48,895 nt of DNA from a candidate division WOR-3 bacterium (lineage in GTDB: Bacteria > Hydrothermota > Tepidihabitantia > SM23-42 > JAOAFX01). The stretch's first letter is position 1; each line of letters starts with the position of its first letter. The notes under the pieces were generated by a model. That model made no database searches, was not told the DNA's origin, and worked only from the letters and a program-made list of their open reading frames with translations. The stretch spans positions 1 to 48,895 of the forward strand of contig JBBILZ010000010.1 of the NCBI GenBank assembly GCA_037444665.1, in the 5' to 3' direction. Both the position numbers and the translations under genes were made by a program. Below, in pieces: positions 1 through 9,104 of the stretch.

Positions 1-30
1 CCATGTCTTGAAACTCTGCAGTCCCCAAGG

Positions 31-50
31 CTAAAGGTTTGCCCTACGGA
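31..50 (-). repeat. GTAG-type REP-like element (partial)
   Basis: Minus strand reads GTAGGGCAAACCTTTAGC, a GTAG tetranucleotide followed by a REP-like arm; preceded on the + strand by TGTCTTGAAA (4-13), which recurs at 816-825. Confidence 0.45.
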
Positions 51-112
51 ATTTTTTTGGTCTTTGAAAACTACTCTGTATAATTGAAGAATCTGGTTAC
101 CGGGTTAGATTC

Positions 113-343
113 TTACTTCTTCACCAATTCCATGAATTCTTGGTAGGATAACTCAGCATCGTGAATTATTTTTCGCAATAGTCCACGGTCAATATCTTTT
201 CCTTTATGCACAGGCACGACCGTTTTTCTACCATCAGGGTGTCGCAAATATACATGACTCCCCTTTTGCCGAATTACTTCAAAACCTATTGCTTGGAGTA
301 ATTTAACAATCTCTGTGCCTTTTAGAATCGGTAGTTTTGTCAC
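113..343 (-). CDS. hicA: HicA-family mRNA interferase toxin
   Basis: 76 aa; GFEVIRQKGSHVYLRHPDGRKTVVPVH...GLLRKII is the HicA dsRBD-like signature with catalytic His; start overlaps the hicB stop (GTGA). Confidence 0.92.
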   Translation of the reverse strand: MTKLPILKGTEIVKLLQAIGFEVIRQKGSHVYLRHPDGRKTVVPVHKGKDIDRGLLRKIIHDAELSYQEFMELVKK

Positions 344-549
344 ACTTCAATTCGCTGGATGCCCACTAATTCCGATGTCTGCTCTGGCTCTCCTTCAACC
401 TCAAGACAGAGTTGGATTGCTTCTTTAATGTTCTCAATCAATTCATCAAGGGATTTACCCTGAGTATGACAGCCCTTCAGTTCAGGCACAGTGCCAATAT
501 AGTATCCATCCTCTCCTCGTTCAATAATGATATTAAAAATGCGACTCAT
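340..549 (-). CDS. hicB: HicB-family antitoxin (short UPF0150 type, no DNA-binding domain)
   Basis: GYYIGTVPELKGCHTQGKSLDELIENIKEAIQLCLE motif; ATG at 549 lies 6 nt after AGGAG (ORF track starts at TTG 552). Confidence 0.92.
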   Translation of the reverse strand: MSRIFNIIIERGEDGYYIGTVPELKGCHTQGKSLDELIENIKEAIQLCLEVEGEPEQTSELVGIQRIEV

Positions 550-566
550 CAAAATCTCCTGACAAT

Positions 567-594
567 ATTATATCCACAATCTGCAAATTGTCAA
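567..594 (-). promoter_or_regulatory. sigma70-like promoter of hicBA
   Basis: TTGACA-N16-TATAAT on the minus strand. Confidence 0.7.
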
Positions 595-660
595 TGTAAA
601 TATGATAACCATAAAAACCAAACAGTCATCTGCCACTTCGTAAGTGAAGAAAATTCTTCC

Positions 661-800
661 CTTGAGCGCAGCGAAGGGGCAGAATCTCTTCCTTTGTTCA
701 GGGCTGGGTTCAATCGAGATTCTTCGCTACGCTCAGAATGACAAAGAAAAAAGGCTCAGATTCGTCCTTGAGCGAAGCGAAGGAATGACACTCCGTGTCA
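661..800. repeat. Cluster of GAGCGNAGCGAAG / GCTCAGAATGAC-type palindromic repeats
   Basis: CTTGAGCGCAGCGAAGG (661-677), inverted copy GATTCTTCGCTACGCTCAGAATGACA (718-743), CCTTGAGCGAAGCGAAGGAATGACA (766-790), and the hairpin AATGACAC..GTGTCATT. Confidence 0.7.
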
Positions 801-827
801 TTTGTTTAGCCTTACTGTCTTGAAAAA

Positions 828-850
828 GTCAGGTAAACTTGACCACTACA
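828..850 (-). repeat. GTAG-type REP-like element
   Basis: Minus strand TGTAGTGGTCAAGTTTACCTGAC: GTAG followed by an imperfect palindrome GTCAAG/CCTGAC. Confidence 0.5.
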
Positions 851-894
851 AAAAGATAGTTATTGGGTTTGGATGCTGGTTTGGATAAAGGGCA

Positions 895-923
895 TGGTCT
901 TTCTGGTCTATTTAGTTTTTGGT
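895..923. repeat. Degenerate 9-bp tandem repeats
   Basis: TGGTCTTTC TGGTCTATT TAGTTTTT GGT; reverse complement matches the GACCAGAAA/GACTAAATA units at 25671-25715. Confidence 0.55.
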
Positions 924-1000
924 GCTTGATAAATCAAGTAACTTCAATATCAGGGTGCTAAACTATTACATCGCACCGCTACGATGGCTGTATTCAATTT

Positions 1001-2494
1001 TTAGATTTGCTGACAGAATTCAAAAAGGGTGCGGACACCAAATCCAGTTGCTCCTTTGGGTTGATAGAACCTATCCTTTTCCGCAAATTCTTTACTGGCA
1101 ATATCAATGTGTAGCCACTTTGCATCCTGAACAAATTCTTTTAAGAAGATTCCTGCAGTGATCGGTGAAGCCAGCCTACCAGCGGAATTTTTTATATCTG
1201 CTACATCACTCTTAATTTTTTCTTCGTATTCTTCAAAAAGTGGTAACTGCCACATCCGCTCGCCAGTTTGATTTGCTGCTGCGAGTAGTTTATTAATCGT
1301 TTCCTGGTCATTGCCCATTACTGCCGCAGTAACATCACCAAATGCAACTGCACAGCCACCAGTCAGGGTGGCAATATCCACGATTATTTTTGCTCCTTCT
1401 TTTTCCGCATAACAGATTGCATCTGCCAGGGTCATTCTGCCTTCAGCATCAGTAGAGATTATTTCAATCGTCTTTCCATTCATTGTCCGAACAATGTCAC
1501 CCGGCCTTGATGCTTTTCCTGAAGGCATATTTTCTACTGCAGGGATGATGGTAAGGAGATTTACTTTCGCATCTGTCCGTGCCAGTGCCAGGGTAGTCGC
1601 AAAGACAATACCACCGCCTGACATATCTCCTTTCATTGCACCCATTCCTTCAGAAGGTTTTAATGAAATCCCTCCTGAATCAAAGGTTACTGTTTTTCCG
1701 ATAAGGCTTAATAATGGTTTGTTATTTGTTTGATATCTTAGGGCAATAAATTGTGGTTCGTTATCGCTGCCCTGCGCAACTGAGAGCAGGGCGCCCATTT
1801 TTAATTTTTCCATATCCTTTTTATTTAAGATTTTGAATTCAATTACTTTTTCCAGACCAAATTCAGAAGTTATCTGCATTGCTTTTTGCACAAATTTTTC
1901 CGGTGTCAAATTGTTAGCAGGTTCATTTGTAAAGTCCCGAGCGATATTTTGGCATTCAGCGATTATTTTACCAAGTTCTGCACCGTTTTCAATCTTTTTT
2001 ATTTTCTGCCTGTCCATTTCAATGATAGAGAAGTTTTCAATTCCATTATTTTTTTTCTTTTTATATGCATTGAATTCATATAAGCCAAGGATTGTTCCTT
2101 CTACGAGCGCACGCGCACATAACTCCGGGTCAATACCACCAATACCAGCACCATGAACAATTGTGCCCACGGTCTTTGCCTTTGTCTTTTTCAGCGCCTG
2201 TGCTACAGAGCCACTCGCCTTTCTTATTTGTTCTAAATCAAATTTTTCTTGTTTTCCTAATCCGACCACCAGAATTTTATTGACCTTTAATTTCCCAAGG
2301 GTCGGGAATACTACGATCTCACCTAATTTACCAGTCAGTTCACCATTTTTTATCATTGCAGTAATTGCACCATCTAATGCTTTGTCTATTGCTCCGGTCG
2401 CACCGCCCGGCATTTTGACACCTTCAAAAAGATTAATAATCAAAAAATCTCCAGAAAAATCAAGGATTGATTGATTTAAAATTTTTATGTCCAT
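1001..2494 (-). CDS. pepA: Cytosol leucyl aminopeptidase (M17)
   Basis: 497 aa; GKTVTFDSGG, MKGDMSG, ENMPSG, STDAEGR, DIATLTG and WLHIDIA motifs. Confidence 0.96.
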   Translation of the reverse strand: MDIKILNQSILDFSGDFLIINLFEGVKMPGGATGAIDKALDGAITAMIKNGELTGKLGEIVVFPTLGKLKVNKILVVGLGKQEKFDLEQIRKASGSVAQALKKTKAKTVGTIVHGAGIGGIDPELCARALVEGTILGLYEFNAYKKKKNNGIENFSIIEMDRQKIKKIENGAELGKIIAECQNIARDFTNEPANNLTPEKFVQKAMQITSEFGLEKVIEFKILNKKDMEKLKMGALLSVAQGSDNEPQFIALRYQTNNKPLLSLIGKTVTFDSGGISLKPSEGMGAMKGDMSGGGIVFATTLALARTDAKVNLLTIIPAVENMPSGKASRPGDIVRTMNGKTIEIISTDAEGRMTLADAICYAEKEGAKIIVDIATLTGGCAVAFGDVTAAVMGNDQETINKLLAAANQTGERMWQLPLFEEYEEKIKSDVADIKNSAGRLASPITAGIFLKEFVQDAKWLHIDIASKEFAEKDRFYQPKGATGFGVRTLFEFCQQI

Positions 2495-2523
2495 TTTTCT
2501 CCTTTTTAGACCTAAACCTATTT

Positions 2524-2551
2524 ATTATACACAATCTTATTAAAAAATCAA
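2524..2551 (-). promoter_or_regulatory. sigma70-like promoter of pepA
   Basis: TTGATT-N16-TATAAT; AGGAG Shine-Dalgarno before the ATG. Confidence 0.6.
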
Positions 2552-2567
2552 GTAATTTTTACTCAAC

Positions 2568-2885
2568 TCAGAGTTTAATAAATGGTTCAATTCTTTTGAA
2601 TAAATTGTCACCTATTCCCTTTACCTTTTTTAAATCTGAAATTGTCTTAAAACCACCATTCTTTTCACGGTATTCAATAATTCTCTTCGCCAAAGCTGGC
2701 CCAACACCAGGTAACGACTCGAAATCATTTACATCTGCAGTATTAATTGATATCTGGTTTATACTTTCTTCAATTATCAATTCAAAAGTTTTTTTATTTT
2801 TTTGCCACTTCAAATATTGAACAATATTAATTGCAATTAAAATAGAAATTAGAACAATAAGGGCAATTATTTCTTTACGATTCAC
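2568..2885 (-). CDS. comEA: ComEA-family helix-hairpin-helix DNA-binding protein with N-terminal membrane anchor
   Basis: ISINTA..FESLPGVGPALAKRIIEYREKNGGFKTISDLKKVKGIG; hydrophobic N-terminus. Confidence 0.85.
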   Translation of the reverse strand: MNRKEIIALIVLISILIAINIVQYLKWQKNKKTFELIIEESINQISINTADVNDFESLPGVGPALAKRIIEYREKNGGFKTISDLKKVKGIGDNLFKRIEPFIKL

Positions 2886-2895
2886 TGCTCAGTTT

Positions 2896-3693
2896 TTAAT
2901 ACTCAGGATAAACAATCCTTAAAAGGAATTTATACATTATATCCAGACTTTCCTTACTACATTTATCAATTGTATCATAGTGTGTATCCCAGTATGGATA
3001 GTCAAAATCAATGATATCAATTGCTGGTATTCCGTATTTGATCAGCGGCATATGGTCATCAATAATATAATATTTTACCACAGGTATAAAAGTGAATGGT
3101 GAAACTTCCATACCTATTTGCCAGATAGAGTCCACTAATCCAGGAAAGAATTTTGCAGAATTTCCCTCTTTATATATCTGCAGGTCTTTATCTCCAACCA
3201 TATCAATGATAATAATAAACGTATAATGTTCAAGACATGCTGCTGCGTAATGAGTGGAGCCATAAAGTTCAGCCTTTTCCACATCCTCGCCATCAAAAAA
3301 TAGAAGATTGACACTGATACCTGGCGGGTTCTTTGTAAGTGTATCTGCAAGTTTTAATAGTAATGCAACACCTGAACCACCATCATTTGCTCCAGGGCAC
3401 CCTTTATCTGAGTCCCAGTGCGCACCAATACCAATGAGTGGCTGTCCAGAAGGAAATTTTTTGTATACATTGTAAAGCCATACGCCATCAACAATAAATG
3501 AATCAATCTCCGGATTCTTTAGATTTTTGATAATGTATTGCAAGGCATTGGTATGACCTGGAGTTCCGATGGAACGGCTACCAAATTTGCAGAATTCAAC
3601 GAGATAATCATATGGTTCACTTGCAAAGAGTGTGTTTGATATTAGCAATATTAATAAAATAAGCGGAAATTTTAAAAATTTATATTTGTCCAT
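2896..3693 (-). CDS. M28-family metallopeptidase / glutaminyl-peptide cyclotransferase-like protein, signal peptide
   Basis: GAHWDS, GANDGGSGVA, FFDGED, IDMVGD and IDDHMPL..IPAIDIIDFDYPYW motifs; overlaps the sprA 3' end by 22 nt. Confidence 0.8.
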   Translation of the reverse strand: MDKYKFLKFPLILLILLISNTLFASEPYDYLVEFCKFGSRSIGTPGHTNALQYIIKNLKNPEIDSFIVDGVWLYNVYKKFPSGQPLIGIGAHWDSDKGCPGANDGGSGVALLLKLADTLTKNPPGISVNLLFFDGEDVEKAELYGSTHYAAACLEHYTFIIIIDMVGDKDLQIYKEGNSAKFFPGLVDSIWQIGMEVSPFTFIPVVKYYIIDDHMPLIKYGIPAIDIIDFDYPYWDTHYDTIDKCSKESLDIMYKFLLRIVYPEY

Positions 3694-6600
3694 AGATTCA
3701 AGCCAACCCTTTGATAATTATTATTGAAAACACGGTCGCGGTTTCTTGAATAGTTTAAAGTTGCGCCGCCAGTAACACTTGCTGAGAAACTATAGGTTAG
3801 TGAAACATCAACACTATTGTTTTCTGTATCAGTAATGGGATTGTTATAATCAAGATTATTGGGGTCTTCCTGGGATGCAGCATAACTGACATTTCGATTA
3901 TAACCATAGGTAAGACTGGTGGTAAGGTTGGAAGCAAATTTTATTCCTTGCAAGAACGGCAGATTAATTCCCTTGGGTGCGCTGAATGTATAGGCAAGAG
4001 AGAATGAACCGCCCCAACCTATAGATTTGGAGGGGTTTACAATCATACCAAGATACTGACGCCCCTTGGTTTCATTGTAGTTGATTGTAGCATTAGTGGT
4101 TATACCCTTTTTCCAGTTTGCCTGCCAGCCTAATAATGGATTAAAAGAAATTGTTTTGTTGTCTGATGTCAGTTCAGGAGCAGTATCAGGGTTCACAGTA
4201 TAGACTGTTTGATAATTTTGGTTAAAACCAATATTTACCGATGAAGAGTGTGTATACTTTTTTAATAACGGAATCATTTCTACTTTTGCAATCCGCAGGT
4301 TAGCATTGGGATAAGATGTAGTAATGGTTCTGTTTTCTGTGCCGCTATAGCCAATGCTTCTTCCGACTGAATTTGTATAACTTCCACTGAGAGTGAAAAT
4401 CTTGTAATTTGCACCTGAATTTATGCTGAAATTATCAGTGATATTGCGGCTTGAATAACTATTTGGTGCAATCTGGTCTGAGGGAATAGTATCAACAAGT
4501 CCCCATTGATATTTTAAATCAGGACGGACATTACTTAAATATCCTGATGATTTTGTGCGCGAAAAACTTATATTGGGATTCTGCAGGTAGTCAACAAAGA
4601 TCTCTATCTGTTTTAATACCCACAATGGAGACCCTGGAATTTGCAGTGTATCCTTTGATTCATCTCGCAAATGCGTAAAGAATTTAATAAATTTTTTGAC
4701 ATCAGCCATACCTGAAATACTTATTACCGAATTATTATTAATCCCCCTCACATCAACTGGTTTACGCAGTTCAAAACGGTGGTCTTCATTATAACTTGAA
4801 TTGAATTGAAGAGAAGGGTTGAGAATAATTAAATCCTTTGATATTCTACTATTGAAAGTTTGGGTGCGACCAACTTCTTCTCCAAATCTCCGTTTTTCAG
4901 ATACTGAATCCCTAATTTCCGAAAAGGTGTATGATGTGGATAATATTTGATGTGGAGAATAATCAGCAGAATAACTCGGATTCAGGGTGCGCCTGCGCTG
5001 TGGATATCCAGGTGTGATTTGAAAATTTTGATTCAAACTATCGCGATAATAAGATTTTAGAATATTATCCGTGTATAATGCTCCGAAGGAAATATTTTGA
5101 GGCAGGAGGGCAATTGATTGTTTCAGAATTTTTAATGAGGCTTTGGGACCAATAGTGTATGTACCGCGGTAATTTCTGAAGTCCGTTGTATCATAATTTC
5201 TTGCACTATTGGAGAAATTTACGGTTCGGTCATGAGAGAGATTTAGATTATCCAGTGTCTGTTTCAAAAACCAATTTTTGGAATTGGATTTAGATAGACT
5301 AATATTATAACCCTGGGTTATGTTATTCGTTCTTTCCAGAACGCGTGCTGAATCGTTCAGTTCAATGTCTGTAGCGATGATTGAAGAAAATCGTGGGTCC
5401 TGGATTGACTTACTATAACTCAAACCGAGTGGAATATTAAAATTCCATTCCTGGGGAAGGAGTTTATTTAGTGAGATGCCAGTGTTGACCGCATAGTTTC
5501 TACCTGGGCCCTGCGTAGAGATATTTTTAGATTCGGACAAACGCTTGAATTTACCATTGGATTCAGAATAGGAAAAAGTAAAATTGGATAGGTCAGCGAT
5601 GTTGAACGAGCCATTGGTTCTTAAAATTCTTCCGATTTCCGGCTTCGGAGAGACAAGTTTGATGTCATTAAACCACATTGTATCAGTAAGTGGTGTTGTA
5701 AAATTATTTGTGATACGGATTTCAAAGAATCTGTTAGCAGAAAATGATGGATTTCCTGATACTGTATAATTACCTTCGGTTAGTTTTCCAATTCCTCCAG
5801 TCTTTTTCTTTAATTCAATAAAATTTTGTAGAACTACCCGATATTTTCGCCAGTTGTTATATCCCGGTGAACCGGACTGCAGGTCTGATTTATATTCATA
5901 ATAATTAGTATCAGAGCCAAAGCGCAGTGCAATTTGCGGATTTGAATATTTTGCCAGAAAATAGAACTCAAGTGTGTCATAGGCACGATAATCTTCATCC
6001 CTTTCCAGTCGGCGATAGGCAATACAGGTGTGATGTTCTTTGATACCAGAAAGATTAAATTCCAAGCCACCTTCATTGATTGTTTTACCGGTTATTGGGT
6101 CTATGGGTAGGGGATAGGGTGGTTTATAATAAGTATGGGTTTCAGTATTTACCGGAGTGATGACAAACTTCTCTGTAGAATCAACCGGGTTTAATGAATC
6201 ACCAGCAATGCCATAGTTTTTCCAGCGACTGCCTGTTAAATTTAATTTGTGGATGTAGATTGTTTCTGCTTTTGTGAAGTTGTCAAACCAGATGCGCACA
6301 AATTTTATATTGTGCAGGTTTGGTGAACCGAAGATTGTATCCATTGCAAGAGAATCCTTTAATGGAATGCGGAACATTTTCCATCCGCTTTTTAATCCAC
6401 TCTCAACAAGATATTTAGTTGAATCAAGATTAACCGAATAACTGTAATAAATGTTATTATCACGATTAAAATTACCATTACGGTCAATATCTTCAGTATC
6501 CCATATTCTGTTTCCTTCGGTTCCGTTGATACCGCCGGTATAGTCATTTTCTTGATAGTCATCATTGCCATCATCTCCAGAGGTATTGCCTGCGTCATCT

Positions 6601-9104
6601 CCAAATACACCATCCAGTCCACGGTCTTCATTATTGGCATCCCAGGAAAAATTTCGCGGAAAATTATCTTCATCTTCAAATGTTCCATAGCCAGACAAGG
6701 CACCCTGTTTGTTCCTTCTCAGCTGGTCTTCACTGAGTTCTTCGGCAATATCAATATGGATTTTACCGCCCTTGCCTTTAATTATTAATTCAATATTTTC
6801 ACACTCGTCAAGGTCAGTGCTTGTAATATACTGGCTTAAACCCGCAAATGATTGTGTATTATCAGGAGTGAATTGAACCTGCAGAACTTCAGCGATTGCC
6901 TTTGGGTCAGTGGGATTGTTATAAATATCATCCATCTGAAAGGTCTGGCCACTTGGAGGATTATACCAGACAATTCTTCTTGTTGCAAAATTTGCCGTAT
7001 CCTGGATTACGGGTCTTGAACAAAGATACCAGTAACCTTTTGTGAGCGCGACTGTATGTGTGATAGTTGTTGCTTCAAAGTCATCCAGATAAACAGCATT
7101 GCGGGAATTGTAATTTGAGAACGAATAGGCACCTTCAAAATTTATATTAAATTTAGATGGTGTTTCAGTCTGGAGCAGGGGCAGGCCATCTACTAATTCG
7201 GTAAGATAAGGAATCTTCCCCGGCACGGCAAAGTCCAATTCCCAAACCATCCGATTATATGGTTCTTCATCAAGCCTGATATGCTCATATGGTGCAATCT
7301 GATATGATTCTGTGCGATAAAAAAATGATGAACCAATACTACCCTCTCCAAATATTTTTGAGTTTGCCCTGAGCCCGATCAATGATTTCTGTGCGGCGGA
7401 AAACATTGGACTATATTCTGCTTGAATACGAATCTTATCTGTAGCTGCAATCGGCCTTAAAAATTCAAGTTTACCTTCTTCATAGTTGACAATATAATAT
7501 TGAGTAGAATCAGTAATATCTTTTTCATTTAAATAGACCCTTACCCGCTTTGTGTTTAGTGGCAGGTCAAAGACTCTTTTTACCTTAACTGATTTTGTAT
7601 AAATGTAGTATTTGCCACCACCGATCATATAATACGGATTCTGATATATTTCCAGATCAGATTCAGGCAAACTGGGATTGATAAAGGGCATTGTGTCTGG
7701 AAAAATAAGTAGTCCCCTTGCCCGGTCAAATCCACCCTGTCCCAGATAATCATCAACCATTGAATTATTATCATTATCTATACCTAAAATATTTATCAAT
7801 GTTTTTCCCTGATACTTATCTTCATCAATGCCATTGGGAACACTATGATAGATTTTTAGTGTATCAACACTGCCGCCTGGGCTTGCAATCTGATAATAAT
7901 TTTTGAGCTCGTAGTATTGCCAGGCAAGTGAAGTTTCACGAAAGGACCTGGGACAGACCAATTTCAAACGTATAGTATCTGAGCCAATAAATCCAACCGT
8001 ATCTTCATTCCCTTGAGCATCAATTTTTCGGTAATATACACCGAGTGCCTCAATATTATTATACAATCCAGATTTCAACTCAATGATGTTGACCCTTCTT
8101 CCTAAAAATTGATAATCCTGCTCCATTCCTTCATATTTTAAAGTAAAGAAGCCATACTCTTTCTCTGTTGTATCATCAGGGATATTATCATCATTAAGGT
8201 CAAGATAAGCATAGGCATACCGCGTAATCCCATTATTATTATTGGCTGGATTCCCATCATCAATATATACCCGCAGTTCAATTATGGAATCATTGGTGCC
8301 GAGCCAGAAGAATTGCCTCTTTGCATAGTCCTTTGACCAGATTGTATCTGGCATGCTTTCTGTTCCGCCTTCTAAGACCTGCTCGCTCATTTGGGTCTGT
8401 TCTTGTGATGCGATTGCGACAATGTCAACTGGTCCTAATTTAGATGTGGATTTTAATCCAAAAAGTCCTTGATGTGATGGTATATCACCGGTATAACTCG
8501 TTCCTGGAATTGATAACTGGGTGTCGCCGCCTTCTATCTCCTGAATTACTTCATCTTCTTTACCTTTATAGGTTACGCGTATTTTATTTTGACTTTCATC
8601 AACCCTTGTTGAATTGTGGTCAATATATACCTGCATTCGGTCACCTACCTGGCCATCAAGGTTTATTGCCATTTCCTGTTCCATTATCAGTTCAGGGAAT
8701 AGTGATTTTGACTGCTGTTCTTCAGGTAGATTTGAATAAAATGTTTCACTGCCACCAAGGGTTATTTTTACATAACCTCCAACATCAAGTTTTCCTGTTT
8801 CGCCCATAAAATCGCTGAAACCACCTTTGGGCAGGGGTATTTCAAAGGTTCCAAAAATACCTTTGCTTGCATAACCACTTTTTTTGATGAGGTCGCTCTG
8901 CAGTTCTTTTAATAAAAGTTTGTGATTTTTTTTCTGAAGCCCTGTGTTAAGATAATGTTCAAAAGGGACAATACTATCAATACTGATGAGGTTACCCTGG
9001 TAATATCGGGTATATATGATATAACGGGCATCAGAAGTAATAAAGGTTTTTGTTTCATATGGCAGAGTAAACTGACTGATTAGTATAATTATGAAAAGGT
9101 TCAT
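3672..9104 (-). CDS. sprA: SprA/Sov-like large outer-membrane T9SS translocon
   Basis: 1810 aa; SprA N-terminal block (INLDGQVGDRMQVYIDHNS..NKIRVTYKGKEDEVIQEIEGG..GLFGLKS..GPVDIVAIASQ), YLDDFE, DTEDIDRNG, WKMFRIPL, VRIWF and MWFNDIKL; alternating beta-strand C-terminus ending in F. Confidence 0.88.
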   Translation of the reverse strand: MNLFIIILISQFTLPYETKTFITSDARYIIYTRYYQGNLISIDSIVPFEHYLNTGLQKKNHKLLLKELQSDLIKKSGYASKGIFGTFEIPLPKGGFSDFMGETGKLDVGGYVKITLGGSETFYSNLPEEQQSKSLFPELIMEQEMAINLDGQVGDRMQVYIDHNSTRVDESQNKIRVTYKGKEDEVIQEIEGGDTQLSIPGTSYTGDIPSHQGLFGLKSTSKLGPVDIVAIASQEQTQMSEQVLEGGTESMPDTIWSKDYAKRQFFWLGTNDSIIELRVYIDDGNPANNNNGITRYAYAYLDLNDDNIPDDTTEKEYGFFTLKYEGMEQDYQFLGRRVNIIELKSGLYNNIEALGVYYRKIDAQGNEDTVGFIGSDTIRLKLVCPRSFRETSLAWQYYELKNYYQIASPGGSVDTLKIYHSVPNGIDEDKYQGKTLINILGIDNDNNSMVDDYLGQGGFDRARGLLIFPDTMPFINPSLPESDLEIYQNPYYMIGGGKYYIYTKSVKVKRVFDLPLNTKRVRVYLNEKDITDSTQYYIVNYEEGKLEFLRPIAATDKIRIQAEYSPMFSAAQKSLIGLRANSKIFGEGSIGSSFFYRTESYQIAPYEHIRLDEEPYNRMVWELDFAVPGKIPYLTELVDGLPLLQTETPSKFNINFEGAYSFSNYNSRNAVYLDDFEATTITHTVALTKGYWYLCSRPVIQDTANFATRRIVWYNPPSGQTFQMDDIYNNPTDPKAIAEVLQVQFTPDNTQSFAGLSQYITSTDLDECENIELIIKGKGGKIHIDIAEELSEDQLRRNKQGALSGYGTFEDEDNFPRNFSWDANNEDRGLDGVFGDDAGNTSGDDGNDDYQENDYTGGINGTEGNRIWDTEDIDRNGNFNRDNNIYYSYSVNLDSTKYLVESGLKSGWKMFRIPLKDSLAMDTIFGSPNLHNIKFVRIWFDNFTKAETIYIHKLNLTGSRWKNYGIAGDSLNPVDSTEKFVITPVNTETHTYYKPPYPLPIDPITGKTINEGGLEFNLSGIKEHHTCIAYRRLERDEDYRAYDTLEFYFLAKYSNPQIALRFGSDTNYYEYKSDLQSGSPGYNNWRKYRVVLQNFIELKKKTGGIGKLTEGNYTVSGNPSFSANRFFEIRITNNFTTPLTDTMWFNDIKLVSPKPEIGRILRTNGSFNIADLSNFTFSYSESNGKFKRLSESKNISTQGPGRNYAVNTGISLNKLLPQEWNFNIPLGLSYSKSIQDPRFSSIIATDIELNDSARVLERTNNITQGYNISLSKSNSKNWFLKQTLDNLNLSHDRTVNFSNSARNYDTTDFRNYRGTYTIGPKASLKILKQSIALLPQNISFGALYTDNILKSYYRDSLNQNFQITPGYPQRRRTLNPSYSADYSPHQILSTSYTFSEIRDSVSEKRRFGEEVGRTQTFNSRISKDLIILNPSLQFNSSYNEDHRFELRKPVDVRGINNNSVISISGMADVKKFIKFFTHLRDESKDTLQIPGSPLWVLKQIEIFVDYLQNPNISFSRTKSSGYLSNVRPDLKYQWGLVDTIPSDQIAPNSYSSRNITDNFSINSGANYKIFTLSGSYTNSVGRSIGYSGTENRTITTSYPNANLRIAKVEMIPLLKKYTHSSSVNIGFNQNYQTVYTVNPDTAPELTSDNKTISFNPLLGWQANWKKGITTNATINYNETKGRQYLGMIVNPSKSIGWGGSFSLAYTFSAPKGINLPFLQGIKFASNLTTSLTYGYNRNVSYAASQEDPNNLDYNNPITDTENNSVDVSLTYSFSASVTGGATLNYSRNRDRVFNNNYQRVGLNLWTNINF

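Noticed and set aside
412..1161. ORFs 412-741 and 919-1161 (+)
   Set aside because: They run antisense to hicB or pepA and through repeat DNA, with no RBS or recognisable motif.
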